Of a stretch of 64,000 bases of DNA, positions 36,953 through 48,502 are shown piece by piece. The translations under genes were made by a program, and so were the position numbers. The notes beneath the pieces are model-generated. The model was not told the DNA's origin. It made no database searches and worked only from the letters and a program-made list of their open reading frames with translations. The DNA is from a virus, in the IMG/VR virus record IMGVR_UViG_3300021185_003853, positions 32,001 through 96,000 of that record. One strand, given 5' to 3'. Numbering within the stretch: the stretch's first letter is position 1; each line of letters starts with the position of its first letter.

Positions 36953-39900
36953 ATGGCAATAAAATTTAGTCAACTACCAGCAACCACAACGCTTGCGAAC
37001 AATGATTTGTTTGCCGTAACATCGACAAGTGAAAATACTTCAGTAAGTATTTCGTTCGCTAGCCTTAAAAATATAATGGTTGACGCTTCAACATTCACGG
37101 ATAATGTGAATGATGTCGTGAGTGCATTGAACTCATATACGGCCGCAGGAACATCACCCGCATTAAACGCAGGAACACTTGGCGGATTTGATAGTGCGCA
37201 TCATTTAAATTGGGATAACCTAACAGGTGTTCCGACTGTTCTGTCTAACATGAAAAATGTGCCATTAGATTTACATGATTTTGATAATAGTAAAGACGGC
37301 GGCGGGTTTATTAAAATTGTTTCTGATGGAATTACAACTTCATTAGCATTTGATCTTGTCGATCAAGGTGTGACACAATCCACGACTGCTGTTACAACCG
37401 ATTATGTGTCTGAAGGCACTCAAAATTTATACTACACCGATGATAGAGTAGAAGAATATTTTGATTCTAATTTTGCCACGTTTTTCAACAGCTATAGTAC
37501 AACATTCGATCAAGGTGAAGTGACTGATAGTTATTATGATACTGTAGGATTCGCACCTTCAGGTACCCTTAGTGCAACGGGCTTGGGCAGAGTTATCAGG
37601 ATTAGAAGCCAAGGACAGATTCCAGGCATGTCTGCTGATTATGTAAAAAGAGATCAGTCAGGCAGATTTGCGTCTTATCAACCAAATAAAGTCGTTCGAT
37701 TATACGGCGCAGATTTGCCATCAAGAGAAGACCTAACAAATCAATTAAACGTGACTGGTGAAACAGTCGGGTTTACAGCTGTGAGTGATGGCAATGCAGG
37801 CATTACTCCTGCGTTTGACTCTGCTAATGTTGATGTTGCCACTAATACGATCACATTTACCAGTCCTCATGGTCTTGTGACAGGCAATGATATTGTCTAT
37901 AATTCTGGTCAAGGTACTGCTTTAGGTAATCTGACAAGCGGCGCAGCGTATTATGTTATTAAAATTAGTGAAACCGTTATTCAATTGGCTGATAGTTATG
38001 CAAATTCTGGCGCAGCTGGCGGCAGTGCAACGCCACGAACAATCACTACTCAAGGTACAGGAACAACTCATACAATAACCCCTATTGTTGTAAATAATCC
38101 ATATCAAAGATTTACATATAGAGTGTGTGAATTTGATATGAACACTGGGCAAGTTGCGCCTGCAGCAACACCTGTTTCTATTAACGTAAGTGTTCCTGCA
38201 ACAACTGATCCCGCAAATGTCACAACATTCTTGCAAGAAGATCGTGATGCGCTATTGAAATCCTTTAGCGTTGAAAATTTTGTAAAATTAAATTTTACTC
38301 ACGTTATTGAGCTTGCAGTTGCTGACGGCGTATCTCCTAATCGAGGACTTGCTGTTTATAGGTCAATAGCACAAGTAAATACTGTTGATTCAACTTTGCA
38401 AGGTGTGAGTAAACTTGTTGCTGTTTTAGGTCCTAAAGATTTAGTTAACGATTCATGGATCGATTATTACACTGATGATATTTTAGATTATTCACTTAAA
38501 GATCAAGACGATAATTCATATATTCCTGAAAATACTGTACACTTTAAACCATTTAGTGAAGGCGCTGATTCCGAACGAGGTTGGGTAGACGCAACAATTG
38601 AAAGTGTACAATTCGAAGATGAAATTAATGAATCGTTAAGTACCTTCATTGATGTTACGCTGAAATCAAGCGTTAAAATGAACTCAGGTGAAGTTAACGG
38701 TGTTTGGATCTCACATAATGATACAAATGCAATCCAGACAGGCATTCTAAACAATGCAGGTCGTGGGCAAAAAGCAGTTAGGTTAAATCCTAAAAATTAT
38801 GTCGTCTCGGGAATAACTGTTCCTGCAAACTTCAGTGTCGAAGGATTTTCATATAATACAAAATTAACCAAGTTGCCTTGGTCAGGGTGGAACGGATCAA
38901 CAACCGCATCCTCATCAAAAATAATTACTGTTCAAAGCGAGACGGTCGGCACACGAACAGTTACAAATTCAAGTTTTGTAGGATTTGATATTGACGGCAA
39001 TGCTGTAAACTCAATAGCGTTCGATGACACAACATTTAAAGGCAAAAACTCTGCGATTGATTGTGGGCAAGGGTCTACTGGCGTATTGCTTGACAAAATC
39101 AGAATGACCAGTCCTATCGGCGGCGGAATTTATGCACCAGATTCAAAAAACCTTAAAGTTGTTTCATCAGAAATGGTAAATAGTGGTGTCACGGATAGAC
39201 ATGTTTTCTCGCCACTTGTCGCTGACGGCGGAGAAAATACATCAATTTCATCTAATAGATTTGAAAACTTCTCAGATAGTTTAGATGCATCTGTAACAAA
39301 CAAGGGGGTTATTGAAGGCAATATTATTTCAAATTGTGGTTCAGGTTTACTGATGTATGGGTCAAGATTTATGATCACAAGTCCTAACGTATTGACAGGA
39401 CCTGCAGGTGAATTCTTGCCACAACCTGATAGTTATAATTCAGAGTTTGATTCAATTAATATTGATCTCACATCTGCATCTATTGGTATTCCTATTACTG
39501 ATTTCAATTCAGGTCCGTTTAAATATCAAGAAAACGGTGAAGTGTATGATCTTAGTACATCACCCCCTACATATAAAATATTTGCTATTAAGAAATCATC
39601 TCTCGGGGAAGAGTCAATTTGGATTGAAGATTTGCGACCACCAGAAAGTGATGCTGCAGACAAACAAACAATCGTAAATGTTTTCAATGCTGGCGCTGGT
39701 GGTGCAGCTATTAATACTGGAAGTGACACGATACCTTTACCAGATCACGATTTAGTTACGGGCGATCCTGTTGTCTATAATGAAAATGACGGAACGTACA
39801 CATCATTAACAGACGGTACAACGTATTTCGTTAATGTTGTAGGGACTGGTAATGATATGATTAAATTGTACGACACTCAAGTAAATGCGCTTGCTGGCGG

Positions 39901-40624
39901 TAGTGGCGGCCGAGTAAATCTTGGTGCTGTAGGGGGTGCTAGCAATAATGGAGCAAATCATACATTGACACGAAGTGCATATGTTGAAATGCGACCTGGC
40001 TCTGAAGGTGACAATCCTCCTTCTGAGGGCGGATTCCAGTGGACAATACCATCTGCATCAGTACGCAGAATGAAAATTGCTGGTCAGCAATATACTGTTG
40101 ATTACATGAAAAATCCGAATAATACAATTTATCATACTTCTGGTGACCCTGATAACGATATACCACTCGGCACACCTTCAACCACCGTAGGTGATGCGGA
40201 TCATGTTGGTTTAGGTTGGTCAGCATCAGTAACACAATATGTACTCAACGGCATCATTCAAAATGACCCGAGTGATCCTGCTATTTGGAGTGCGCAATAT
40301 AACGACAACGGAAAAGATTATGCTAACTATACAGTTAAAGTTTCTGATTATAAATACTTAGCAGTAGGCCGTAAAGTTCGACCAACAGCAGCAGGCGCAA
40401 CAGCACATGACAACTTCAGTGCAGGTGACAATACTGTCGTTCCACCTCCTGCAGATTTTGGCGTCATTGAAAGCATTTCAGGGTCTGAAACATTAAAAGA
40501 AGTTGTAATAAAATGGGAAAATGCAAATCCTGTTGTTAATGCAAGCCAAACAGCAGCGGTAGGATCAAGTGGAACATTAGAAGCAGAAAATAGTTTTGTA
40601 ATCGCAACCGGAAGGATTAAATAA
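36953..40624 (+). CDS. Virion protein with parallel beta-helix (pectin-lyase-like) region
   Basis: KFSQLP N-terminus, FDIDGN..., ISSNRFEN..., IEGNIISNCGSGL, and two HGL-x-TG modules. Confidence 0.7.
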   Translation: MAIKFSQLPATTTLANNDLFAVTSTSENTSVSISFASLKNIMVDASTFTDNVNDVVSALNSYTAAGTSPALNAGTLGGFDSAHHLNWDNLTGVPTVLSNMKNVPLDLHDFDNSKDGGGFIKIVSDGITTSLAFDLVDQGVTQSTTAVTTDYVSEGTQNLYYTDDRVEEYFDSNFATFFNSYSTTFDQGEVTDSYYDTVGFAPSGTLSATGLGRVIRIRSQGQIPGMSADYVKRDQSGRFASYQPNKVVRLYGADLPSREDLTNQLNVTGETVGFTAVSDGNAGITPAFDSANVDVATNTITFTSPHGLVTGNDIVYNSGQGTALGNLTSGAAYYVIKISETVIQLADSYANSGAAGGSATPRTITTQGTGTTHTITPIVVNNPYQRFTYRVCEFDMNTGQVAPAATPVSINVSVPATTDPANVTTFLQEDRDALLKSFSVENFVKLNFTHVIELAVADGVSPNRGLAVYRSIAQVNTVDSTLQGVSKLVAVLGPKDLVNDSWIDYYTDDILDYSLKDQDDNSYIPENTVHFKPFSEGADSERGWVDATIESVQFEDEINESLSTFIDVTLKSSVKMNSGEVNGVWISHNDTNAIQTGILNNAGRGQKAVRLNPKNYVVSGITVPANFSVEGFSYNTKLTKLPWSGWNGSTTASSSKIITVQSETVGTRTVTNSSFVGFDIDGNAVNSIAFDDTTFKGKNSAIDCGQGSTGVLLDKIRMTSPIGGGIYAPDSKNLKVVSSEMVNSGVTDRHVFSPLVADGGENTSISSNRFENFSDSLDASVTNKGVIEGNIISNCGSGLLMYGSRFMITSPNVLTGPAGEFLPQPDSYNSEFDSINIDLTSASIGIPITDFNSGPFKYQENGEVYDLSTSPPTYKIFAIKKSSLGEESIWIEDLRPPESDAADKQTIVNVFNAGAGGAAINTGSDTIPLPDHDLVTGDPVVYNENDGTYTSLTDGTTYFVNVVGTGNDMIKLYDTQVNALAGGSGGRVNLGAVGGASNNGANHTLTRSAYVEMRPGSEGDNPPSEGGFQWTIPSASVRRMKIAGQQYTVDYMKNPNNTIYHTSGDPDNDIPLGTPSTTVGDADHVGLGWSASVTQYVLNGIIQNDPSDPAIWSAQYNDNGKDYANYTVKVSDYKYLAVGRKVRPTAAGATAHDNFSAGDNTVVPPPADFGVIESISGSETLKEVVIKWENANPVVNASQTAAVGSSGTLEAENSFVIATGRIK

Positions 40625-40630
40625 AAAAAT

Positions 40631-43600
40631 ATGTCTAGTTTAACGAATATTAATAATAACACAAGGGTAGTCAATGTAGGTAGAACAACCCCAGTTGCTC
40701 CAGGTCAACAACCTGCATCAAAATCAATTCCTGTTGTTCTGGCTACTGATCAAACCGCTATTCCTGTTGTTGAGCAGAATAAAGTTCAATCAGAAGTTTC
40801 ATTATCTTTGTTGGGTATTCCTCGATCAGAAGTTGCCTTAGGTATTTTTGCAGACGTTAATACTTACGATGTAAACCCATCAGAATGGTCATCGAGTCCT
40901 CAATACTACATTTCGGGTGATATTGGCGGTCATGGTATTAAACATTTGCCGACTGAAGCGGGTGCGCTTGTTGAAGCACCTCGTGATGAAAGTGCTGTAC
41001 TGACTTCAAAGCGTTTCTTCAGATATCAACCAGGTCGTGTATCTGCGGCAACATTCGGCATCAAGTCATCTATTTCAACTGCTGATTACGCAAGAAATCC
41101 TGCTATTCGCAAATATGGCATCTTTGATAACTTTGACGGATATTATTGGGAAACAAAACAGTCAGGTAAAGGTGATAACTTTAATGTTGTGCGTAGAACA
41201 CAATCTTTAATGCACTTTCCACCTTCGCCGTTTGGTTTAACTAATGAGGTTTTACGTAAACCCAACCCTGCTGCAGACGATGAACCTATACCGTACAATC
41301 AAACAGATGATTATCGCATCATCGGTAAGGAAGGAAAAGAATTAAAAACAGATGTACTTGAGCGTGATAGACAAGTATTAAGTGATAATATCCTTAGTAT
41401 CGCTAAAAACGCATTCAATAATCTATTAACTGCATCTGGTGGCACCAACGACTTCGCTGATTTTTATAATAACACTAATGGTAATGGTAATAATAGTGCC
41501 AACGAAGGCCTTGCCACTCCTTATGACAGATACGAATTTAAACAAAAGTGTCATCGTGACGTTCAATTTGCTCTTAAGATGATGTTGATGGATCTTGAAT
41601 GGGGCGGTGATGCACATACAAGAATCAATACAAAAAATTATCAAACAGGACTTTTCAACTCGTATTTTCCAAATACCGCCACCGGCACTCCTGTACCTCC
41701 GGGGCAATTTGAACTTGATTTGCATACTAATGCAAGAGCGATTGCTGTCGGTTTGCCGGGATTGACTTCACCGGGTGTAAGTAAGATCGGAGCATTATAC
41801 GACTTTTTAGTTAAAGTTTCTGGAACAAACAATAAAGGATTCTTTAACAGAATAGTTGCTGGCGTATCGGCAACCAATGCGTATCCGCCAATCACAGGCA
41901 CCAATGCTTCATTAACAACGCTAAGCTATGGGTCAAAGAGTAAAGTTGATACGCTCATTGATACAAGAAAGCATTATTGGTCGTATTTTGTATCGTCATT
42001 TGTATTTGTGAATAATGATCCCGATAACACTGCCACTAAACAAACATACAAATTTAATGCATTTGCAAATTATCTTCCTGAAGGTTACAATGCTTCGTTG
42101 ATAGGTAAAGAATTAAGTGGGTCAAATTATCCTTATGCATTGAACGAGTCAATAGACGGTGTTCCGCTTGCTGACGCTGCTGACGTTCTTGCTGTAAATG
42201 AATTTTACAGAAACATAAAATATAAATGTGCTCGAGATCTCGAATACATTGTCAACGGGTATAAGGATGATATTGTTGGCGGCGGTAATGCTCAGACCCT
42301 TTACAACGCATCAATGTATTATAAAGCTGCGGGGTTATCAATCTTTACACAGGAAGACAGTGATATTCCTCGTGAAGTTGCGAAACATAATCATCTAAAA
42401 CAATGGATACAATCAGATTTTGAGGATTCAGATATTACAGGATTTGATTTACCTGTCACATCACCAGAAATTGTTAAGTTAAACTCTTTGTATGGCATCA
42501 TAGATTCCAACTTCGTTAGAGAAACAAAAGAAGGTGTTGAGTTAGGTAGTCGTGGATTCGCAGGTAACCTGATTGCATTTAGAGACGGATTGTTGATGAC
42601 ACATGCAGCCGTCAATGACCCTAGCATGCTGAAAGACGCTAAACAAATAAGAACAACTGTTAAAGAACAATTTGATGATAGTCAACCTACATGCTTTAAG
42701 TTGGCAACAGGTAACGTGACTTTCGGGCAAAATGTTAAGGTTCTAACAACAGGAAATGAAACGCAAATTAGTGACGGAAACAACTTCACTTCAGATACAA
42801 CAGGCAATGTTGTCGAAACTGTTGTTGCTGAATACGGAGGCATTTATAAGGTCAGTCGTGTTTACGGTCCTACAGGCAGTGAATTTACTCTACAGGATCA
42901 AGACGGAAATGATATCTATGCTATGAGAGGTTCTGCTGATAGTGGCACTCTTATCACAGATACAATTGTTATTGAAACTGTTGTTGCGTTTATTGGCGAT
43001 GTTGTATACAATCCTGCTGAATATAGATTGGCAACTGGCATCCGTGCAGAAAGAACGATTCAATCGTATGACGGCACCGATGATACTATTCAATACACAG
43101 AAAATACAGACCCATTCCCGAAAGGTATGCAATGGCCGTATCGATATTCATCATCTGCGCAATTAGGTGATGCGACTGCTAAGTTTATTGGGCACATCGA
43201 TACCTCTTTGAGTCCTAATGATGCTACTGAAATAGGTACAATTCGTCAACAATATGATGAAATTAATTTTACACCTGAATATATTAACTGGATTAAGAAT
43301 AATGTTAAACCAGAATATTGGGGTGTTTACGAATATCGTGTGCCACGGTCAAGATTCAGTCATGACAAATTAGACGGCAAAACGTCTAAGAGAGTTTACA
43401 GCGATTTAGCAACAGGTAATACTGGTATTGTTCGTCCGGGCATGGAAGTGCTAGACGAAGACGGCATCTGGACAGATGCTGTATCAGAATATGATTTTGA
43501 CTTCACTAAAGTAACGATGCTTAAAATTGAGTTCTCGTGGTATGGTGCGGTAGGTGCATTGTTCCTTGCTTATGTTCCAATCGGTAACGGCGAAGCACGA

Positions 43601-44905
43601 TGGGTAAGAGTACATCACCTAAGAGCATCGAATCAGTTGAAGATCGCATCTCTTGGTAACGCAACACTACCAATCACATACAATGTATATGGCGGAGGAT
43701 CGCCAGCAGCATTTGGTGACGGAGAGGTTGCAACGCATACTTACGGAAGTTCACAGAGCCACCATATTGTAAAATACGGTGCTTCATACTACATCGATGG
43801 TGGTGACCGTGGCACTGTTCGTCTGTACAGCCATAATAATAATAGCCCCGTTGCTGCATATGGCAAGAAATGGGAAATGGGACAAGCAATCACCAGCGGC
43901 GTTCTTAATTTGAATGGGCAAACTCAAACATCGGGTGGCGAAGCATTGCCAATGCTAGCTGGCGGCAATAATGATTTGTCGTTACAATACTTTATGGGTG
44001 CAGAGTTAAAGACTAACAGTGCTCTTGATGCAGGCATTAAAGTTGTTTGGGTCGATACTGCTACTGATAGATTGTATTTCTCAAGAAATCCTATAGGAAC
44101 TGGTGTTACATTGATTCCTGATCGTGGTGAACTTGTTTACGGATTAGAGACAAAAGATTTCATTCTAAGCACTGTTGAAGGAAACCCTGTACGTAACAGA
44201 GTACAAGTGTACCCAACAAAGTTATCAAGTGCAAATCTTAACTCTGGTCCTGTTCGATTAACTATGAAAAGAACTCCGATATTCCAGACCCTTACAACTA
44301 TTGATTCAAGTTCAGCGCTCGCAATAGGATCAGATCCTTATATTGTAAGTGCTTCTAATGACCCATTGAACGTAGCAGAAACGAATACATATTTACAAAA
44401 CGGCGAATCAATTTACGGATGGTTCCAGGGAGTTATCGGCGCAATTGACGAAGAAACAATTTTCGGCAGATTGTATAAGAAAACAAATAGTTATTATTTT
44501 GAAGTTTTGCAATCATTTGGTGATACAATCACGCTCAATGCTGATGGCAAATTTCTTCCTGATGTGAGGTATGTGAGAAACCCCTCAGGTGAAATTACCG
44601 GCCTTGTTGCCGACACAGTAACAAAAACAGAAGTTCCTTTGCAGGATACATTGACATCAATTAAAGTGTTTGATAATCCTGTTACACCCATTCCGGGTAC
44701 AGGTGCCAATGTCGCTACGCTATACTTAGCACAAAATGGAACAGAGCAGTTAGATCTCGATACGTATTTTGATTATAATAAAGAATATCTATCCTACCCA
44801 CTAACAGATGAAGCGGAAACATTGTATTTTGTTGTTGATAAAGATACAGCAGCAGATGCTACCCCGAATGAAATAGCAATAGGATTGACATGGGAAGAAC
44901 AATAG
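40631..44905 (+). CDS. Large virion protein (FRYQPG/WYGA family) with two inserted phycobiliprotein-like KCxRD repeats
   Basis: Paralogue of the next gene; KCHRD at Cys307 and KCARD at Cys533. Confidence 0.72.
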   Translation: MSSLTNINNNTRVVNVGRTTPVAPGQQPASKSIPVVLATDQTAIPVVEQNKVQSEVSLSLLGIPRSEVALGIFADVNTYDVNPSEWSSSPQYYISGDIGGHGIKHLPTEAGALVEAPRDESAVLTSKRFFRYQPGRVSAATFGIKSSISTADYARNPAIRKYGIFDNFDGYYWETKQSGKGDNFNVVRRTQSLMHFPPSPFGLTNEVLRKPNPAADDEPIPYNQTDDYRIIGKEGKELKTDVLERDRQVLSDNILSIAKNAFNNLLTASGGTNDFADFYNNTNGNGNNSANEGLATPYDRYEFKQKCHRDVQFALKMMLMDLEWGGDAHTRINTKNYQTGLFNSYFPNTATGTPVPPGQFELDLHTNARAIAVGLPGLTSPGVSKIGALYDFLVKVSGTNNKGFFNRIVAGVSATNAYPPITGTNASLTTLSYGSKSKVDTLIDTRKHYWSYFVSSFVFVNNDPDNTATKQTYKFNAFANYLPEGYNASLIGKELSGSNYPYALNESIDGVPLADAADVLAVNEFYRNIKYKCARDLEYIVNGYKDDIVGGGNAQTLYNASMYYKAAGLSIFTQEDSDIPREVAKHNHLKQWIQSDFEDSDITGFDLPVTSPEIVKLNSLYGIIDSNFVRETKEGVELGSRGFAGNLIAFRDGLLMTHAAVNDPSMLKDAKQIRTTVKEQFDDSQPTCFKLATGNVTFGQNVKVLTTGNETQISDGNNFTSDTTGNVVETVVAEYGGIYKVSRVYGPTGSEFTLQDQDGNDIYAMRGSADSGTLITDTIVIETVVAFIGDVVYNPAEYRLATGIRAERTIQSYDGTDDTIQYTENTDPFPKGMQWPYRYSSSAQLGDATAKFIGHIDTSLSPNDATEIGTIRQQYDEINFTPEYINWIKNNVKPEYWGVYEYRVPRSRFSHDKLDGKTSKRVYSDLATGNTGIVRPGMEVLDEDGIWTDAVSEYDFDFTKVTMLKIEFSWYGAVGALFLAYVPIGNGEARWVRVHHLRASNQLKIASLGNATLPITYNVYGGGSPAAFGDGEVATHTYGSSQSHHIVKYGASYYIDGGDRGTVRLYSHNNNSPVAAYGKKWEMGQAITSGVLNLNGQTQTSGGEALPMLAGGNNDLSLQYFMGAELKTNSALDAGIKVVWVDTATDRLYFSRNPIGTGVTLIPDRGELVYGLETKDFILSTVEGNPVRNRVQVYPTKLSSANLNSGPVRLTMKRTPIFQTLTTIDSSSALAIGSDPYIVSASNDPLNVAETNTYLQNGESIYGWFQGVIGAIDEETIFGRLYKKTNSYYFEVLQSFGDTITLNADGKFLPDVRYVRNPSGEITGLVADTVTKTEVPLQDTLTSIKVFDNPVTPIPGTGANVATLYLAQNGTEQLDLDTYFDYNKEYLSYPLTDEAETLYFVVDKDTAADATPNEIAIGLTWEEQ

Positions 44906-47900
44906 ATGCCAAGACAGGTCAAAATTGGATTTGATAAGGTACCATCACCTCCAGTAAAAACGTATCATCAACTTACCGACATTTTCGGTACGCCGCTAGA
45001 AGATCTAGCAGGCAACCCTCTTGTTACAGAAGAAAATTCTGTAATATCTACCTTCGCACAGGCAAACAATTCATTATCGAGTTTTGTTGCTAATAAAGAA
45101 TCGTCAGAAAGCATTCCTATAGCAGAGAAATTTGGCACTGACTCAGAGGTAAGTACTACACTCCTAGGTGTGACTCGTGCCGAAGAACAGTTGAGTTTAT
45201 TTGCCGATGTATCGACATATGGATTAGATGCATCTAATTGGAATTATTATACTGTAGGTCAAGGCAATTATCCTGTGCAATGGTATAGTAGAAAACATCC
45301 CGTTTTCGGCAAACGAGGTTTTGCGGCATTTAAAGAAGAGACAAATGAGCAGGCATTGTACCTGAAATCTTTTCCTACGCAATTTCGTTATCCTCGTCAT
45401 CCGAGCAAATCAACTGACACCTTCTCTCCGACAAGTGATTTCGGTAAATACATAAGATTTATTGCTTTAGGAAGATGGCTATTTGAAATATGGAAAGATG
45501 TAGATCCTGTATTTGCTGAAAACAACTTCTTGACAGATTGCTTGACTATTATCAGCTCATCAAAACAGCATATCCCAATAACAAAGCAATCATGGAACAT
45601 GACTCCTGCGGGCGGATTTGCGTCTGAAGCACAATTCCATAATATAGTATACACATCAGATTCAAATAATGGCGATGACGATATACAAATTGCGATGGAT
45701 CAAATTGAAAAATGGACTCTGTTCTATTTCAGAATAAGAAATGAAACAGACACATATCCAAAATATGTGATTAATAACGGAGATGGATCAACGACAACAT
45801 ATCCTGTATTCAATCTTGAGGTGTTTACAAATAATCCTATCCCAAATGTAGGACAATACTTGTATATTCGTGACTATGTAAGCGCTGAAGTAACACGTCC
45901 AGGAGGATCTTCAATAAACTCTTCAATAGGAGTTTTAGAAAGTCGAAAAACATTTAGGTATCAACCTGGTCGTGTATCAGGATTCACATTCGGATTAAGG
46001 TTAAAGAATAATCCGGGGTCATCGGCGGACAAAATTGAATGGGGTTGTGCAAACCAGACAGATCAATATATGTTCCAGATTTCAGGTACAAAATTTAATA
46101 TTGTTCGCAGGTCAACTATTGCGATTCCTAATGATGTTGTTGAAGAAGAAGGCGGCATGAACCTTGTTCCTGCTTCAGATTTCCAGACGGATGAACCAGA
46201 AGTCCCGCCAAGTCGTGATAACTCAAAACCTATGTACACTCTCACAATTCCTCGTGACAAATGGAACGGAGATAGATTAGACGGAAGTGGTCCCTCAGGG
46301 CATATCATTAATCCTGAAAATGTTACAATGTACAAAATTGAATATTCATGGTATGGTGCAATTGGCGCAAAATTCTATGCATATGTTCCGATAGGTGGTG
46401 ATGAATGCAGATGGGTACGTCTACACACATTTGTAATCGAAAACAAATTACCTAATCCTGTTTTAGAGAACGCTGATTTTAAATTCAGATATGTGCTTTA
46501 TAATAACGTAACCGAGAATTTAACTGAACCTACGTTCATTTACAAATATGGGTCGTCATATTATATCGATGGAGGTGATGAAGGAAGTATTACTCTAAAT
46601 TCAGTCACATCAGGTACAAGAACATTTGTAAACCCTAATAATACTGGCGCAATTATGGCGCTTCACCCCAAAGATTTAATATTTAACTCTTCAACAGATA
46701 CGATATATGGCGGAACGGCTAACAATAAAAAAATATATCCGTTGACACTATCTGTATTTTCAAGTGATAATGTGCGTATTGATGTGAGTAAGGTTAAAGT
46801 TAGTCCTGATGGTCAACACGGCACAAAGTCGGTTGATCTTATAGCAGGCACTGCGTTCGAAAAAGATATTAAATTTACGATAACTGATAGAAGCCTTATA
46901 AATTTAACTGGTGATAGCCCGTCTTCATTTGATGTGCTAGACACAAACGCAAAGATTATCGGAGACGGTCTTTATAACATTTATACCGGCACTCTTTTCA
47001 ACGCATTAAATGAAGTAAACACGACAAAGGCTGAGATACTGAGAAGAGAACAATATCGATTAGGTGCTGACACAATAGGTGAAGCGGTAAGGCTTGTTGA
47101 CGACACAAGTATTAATATTAATCCCACTGTAGACACAACAGTTTTCAATGCTAAACTTACTTCATATAGGAGTATAGTTGCATCTGACACTCCTATTCGA
47201 ACTAATAGATTTAAAATACACTTCTTGAATCCCACAAAACGTGACTCGAGATATTCTTATTTTCATTGGGCTGATTTCGCAATAGGTGTTACTGGTGAAG
47301 CGCCGACAACAACTGTTGAGAATACTCAAGCCGGACAACAAGGATATCTAAAATTTGGTGCATATGATCGTGTTTATCACGATACTATTCCTGAATCAGA
47401 TTATGATAATAATTATTATTTTGATATTAATAAGCAATTAATGGTTGAATGGACGAATCAACATCATGTTAATTCATTAAGAGATGTTGCTGATCTGCGT
47501 GAAGTAGAAGGAGCCCATGGCACCCGTCTCGAGCAAGATTATCGTATTCGGGGCACTGATCTACCTATGAGCAGAAAATTGTCTACTGGAAGAGTTAGCA
47601 CAAAAGGTGTGCTAGGATGTGTTAAAGGTGAAGTGAGGGTTATAGAGTACCCGATATCTTTAATTGATGATCAAAATGTTCCCGTAAATGCTGACTTGAG
47701 GGTCGTCTTCAGTACTGCCGCATTTCCTCCTGTAACACAAAATACACTAGGAATTGCTGAATTAGGATTTAATGAGACAGGGTCGGGATATGTATTCATG
47801 ACTGCGCCTGCTGTGCAGATAATAGACGGCGCACAGGTGTATGTTGCATATATCAAAAAACTAAACGGTGCGGCATCAGTAGCCGATTTTGCATTAACAG

Positions 47901-48502
47901 GAAGTTCGACAACTTATGATCAGTCAACTCATGTCACATCAATTCAAGCAAAAGTTATTACACTAGAAGATGATAATAAAATTTCGAGTTCTGATAACGC
48001 AAAAGATTTTGTAGTACAGGACGTATATAGATTTAATATTCAGCCTTTGTATTTGTTTGTTGCAATGAAGTCAAACGCTCGAATAAATAATATCATCGTT
48101 GAAGAAATTACATCAACTGAAAGAACGTCACATGTACCTAACTTTATAGGTACTACTAATGATATAGGATTTGATGATACATCGAACATAACAATAGAAA
48201 AAGATGTGTTGACATCACATACCTTGTCACCTTCAAATTTTGTTCCTAAAGATGGATTATCAGGAATAAAGTTTGATATTAACACAAGCAATCCTGTTGC
48301 AGACGAAAAAGAAAAATTATATTCATTTTATGTGGGGCAAAACGAAGCTGTGAAATTTGGATTACAAGAAATATTTGATATTGATCGTGCTTACTTGACG
48401 AGCGGATTATATAACAATGAGGCATTATATTTCAATGCGGTTCCCGTAGGCGATAATACGTCTGCTGATGTTCAAATGACATTAACAGTTAAGGAGCAGT
48501 AA
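44906..48502 (+). CDS. Large virion protein (FRYQPG/WYGA family), paralogue of 40631-44905
   Basis: Shares FADV.TY, FRYQPGRVS, VTM.KIE.SWYGA.GA, KYG.SYYIDGGD and a C-terminal EQ with the previous gene. Confidence 0.72.
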   Translation: MPRQVKIGFDKVPSPPVKTYHQLTDIFGTPLEDLAGNPLVTEENSVISTFAQANNSLSSFVANKESSESIPIAEKFGTDSEVSTTLLGVTRAEEQLSLFADVSTYGLDASNWNYYTVGQGNYPVQWYSRKHPVFGKRGFAAFKEETNEQALYLKSFPTQFRYPRHPSKSTDTFSPTSDFGKYIRFIALGRWLFEIWKDVDPVFAENNFLTDCLTIISSSKQHIPITKQSWNMTPAGGFASEAQFHNIVYTSDSNNGDDDIQIAMDQIEKWTLFYFRIRNETDTYPKYVINNGDGSTTTYPVFNLEVFTNNPIPNVGQYLYIRDYVSAEVTRPGGSSINSSIGVLESRKTFRYQPGRVSGFTFGLRLKNNPGSSADKIEWGCANQTDQYMFQISGTKFNIVRRSTIAIPNDVVEEEGGMNLVPASDFQTDEPEVPPSRDNSKPMYTLTIPRDKWNGDRLDGSGPSGHIINPENVTMYKIEYSWYGAIGAKFYAYVPIGGDECRWVRLHTFVIENKLPNPVLENADFKFRYVLYNNVTENLTEPTFIYKYGSSYYIDGGDEGSITLNSVTSGTRTFVNPNNTGAIMALHPKDLIFNSSTDTIYGGTANNKKIYPLTLSVFSSDNVRIDVSKVKVSPDGQHGTKSVDLIAGTAFEKDIKFTITDRSLINLTGDSPSSFDVLDTNAKIIGDGLYNIYTGTLFNALNEVNTTKAEILRREQYRLGADTIGEAVRLVDDTSININPTVDTTVFNAKLTSYRSIVASDTPIRTNRFKIHFLNPTKRDSRYSYFHWADFAIGVTGEAPTTTVENTQAGQQGYLKFGAYDRVYHDTIPESDYDNNYYFDINKQLMVEWTNQHHVNSLRDVADLREVEGAHGTRLEQDYRIRGTDLPMSRKLSTGRVSTKGVLGCVKGEVRVIEYPISLIDDQNVPVNADLRVVFSTAAFPPVTQNTLGIAELGFNETGSGYVFMTAPAVQIIDGAQVYVAYIKKLNGAASVADFALTGSSTTYDQSTHVTSIQAKVITLEDDNKISSSDNAKDFVVQDVYRFNIQPLYLFVAMKSNARINNIIVEEITSTERTSHVPNFIGTTNDIGFDDTSNITIEKDVLTSHTLSPSNFVPKDGLSGIKFDINTSNPVADEKEKLYSFYVGQNEAVKFGLQEIFDIDRAYLTSGLYNNEALYFNAVPVGDNTSADVQMTLTVKEQ

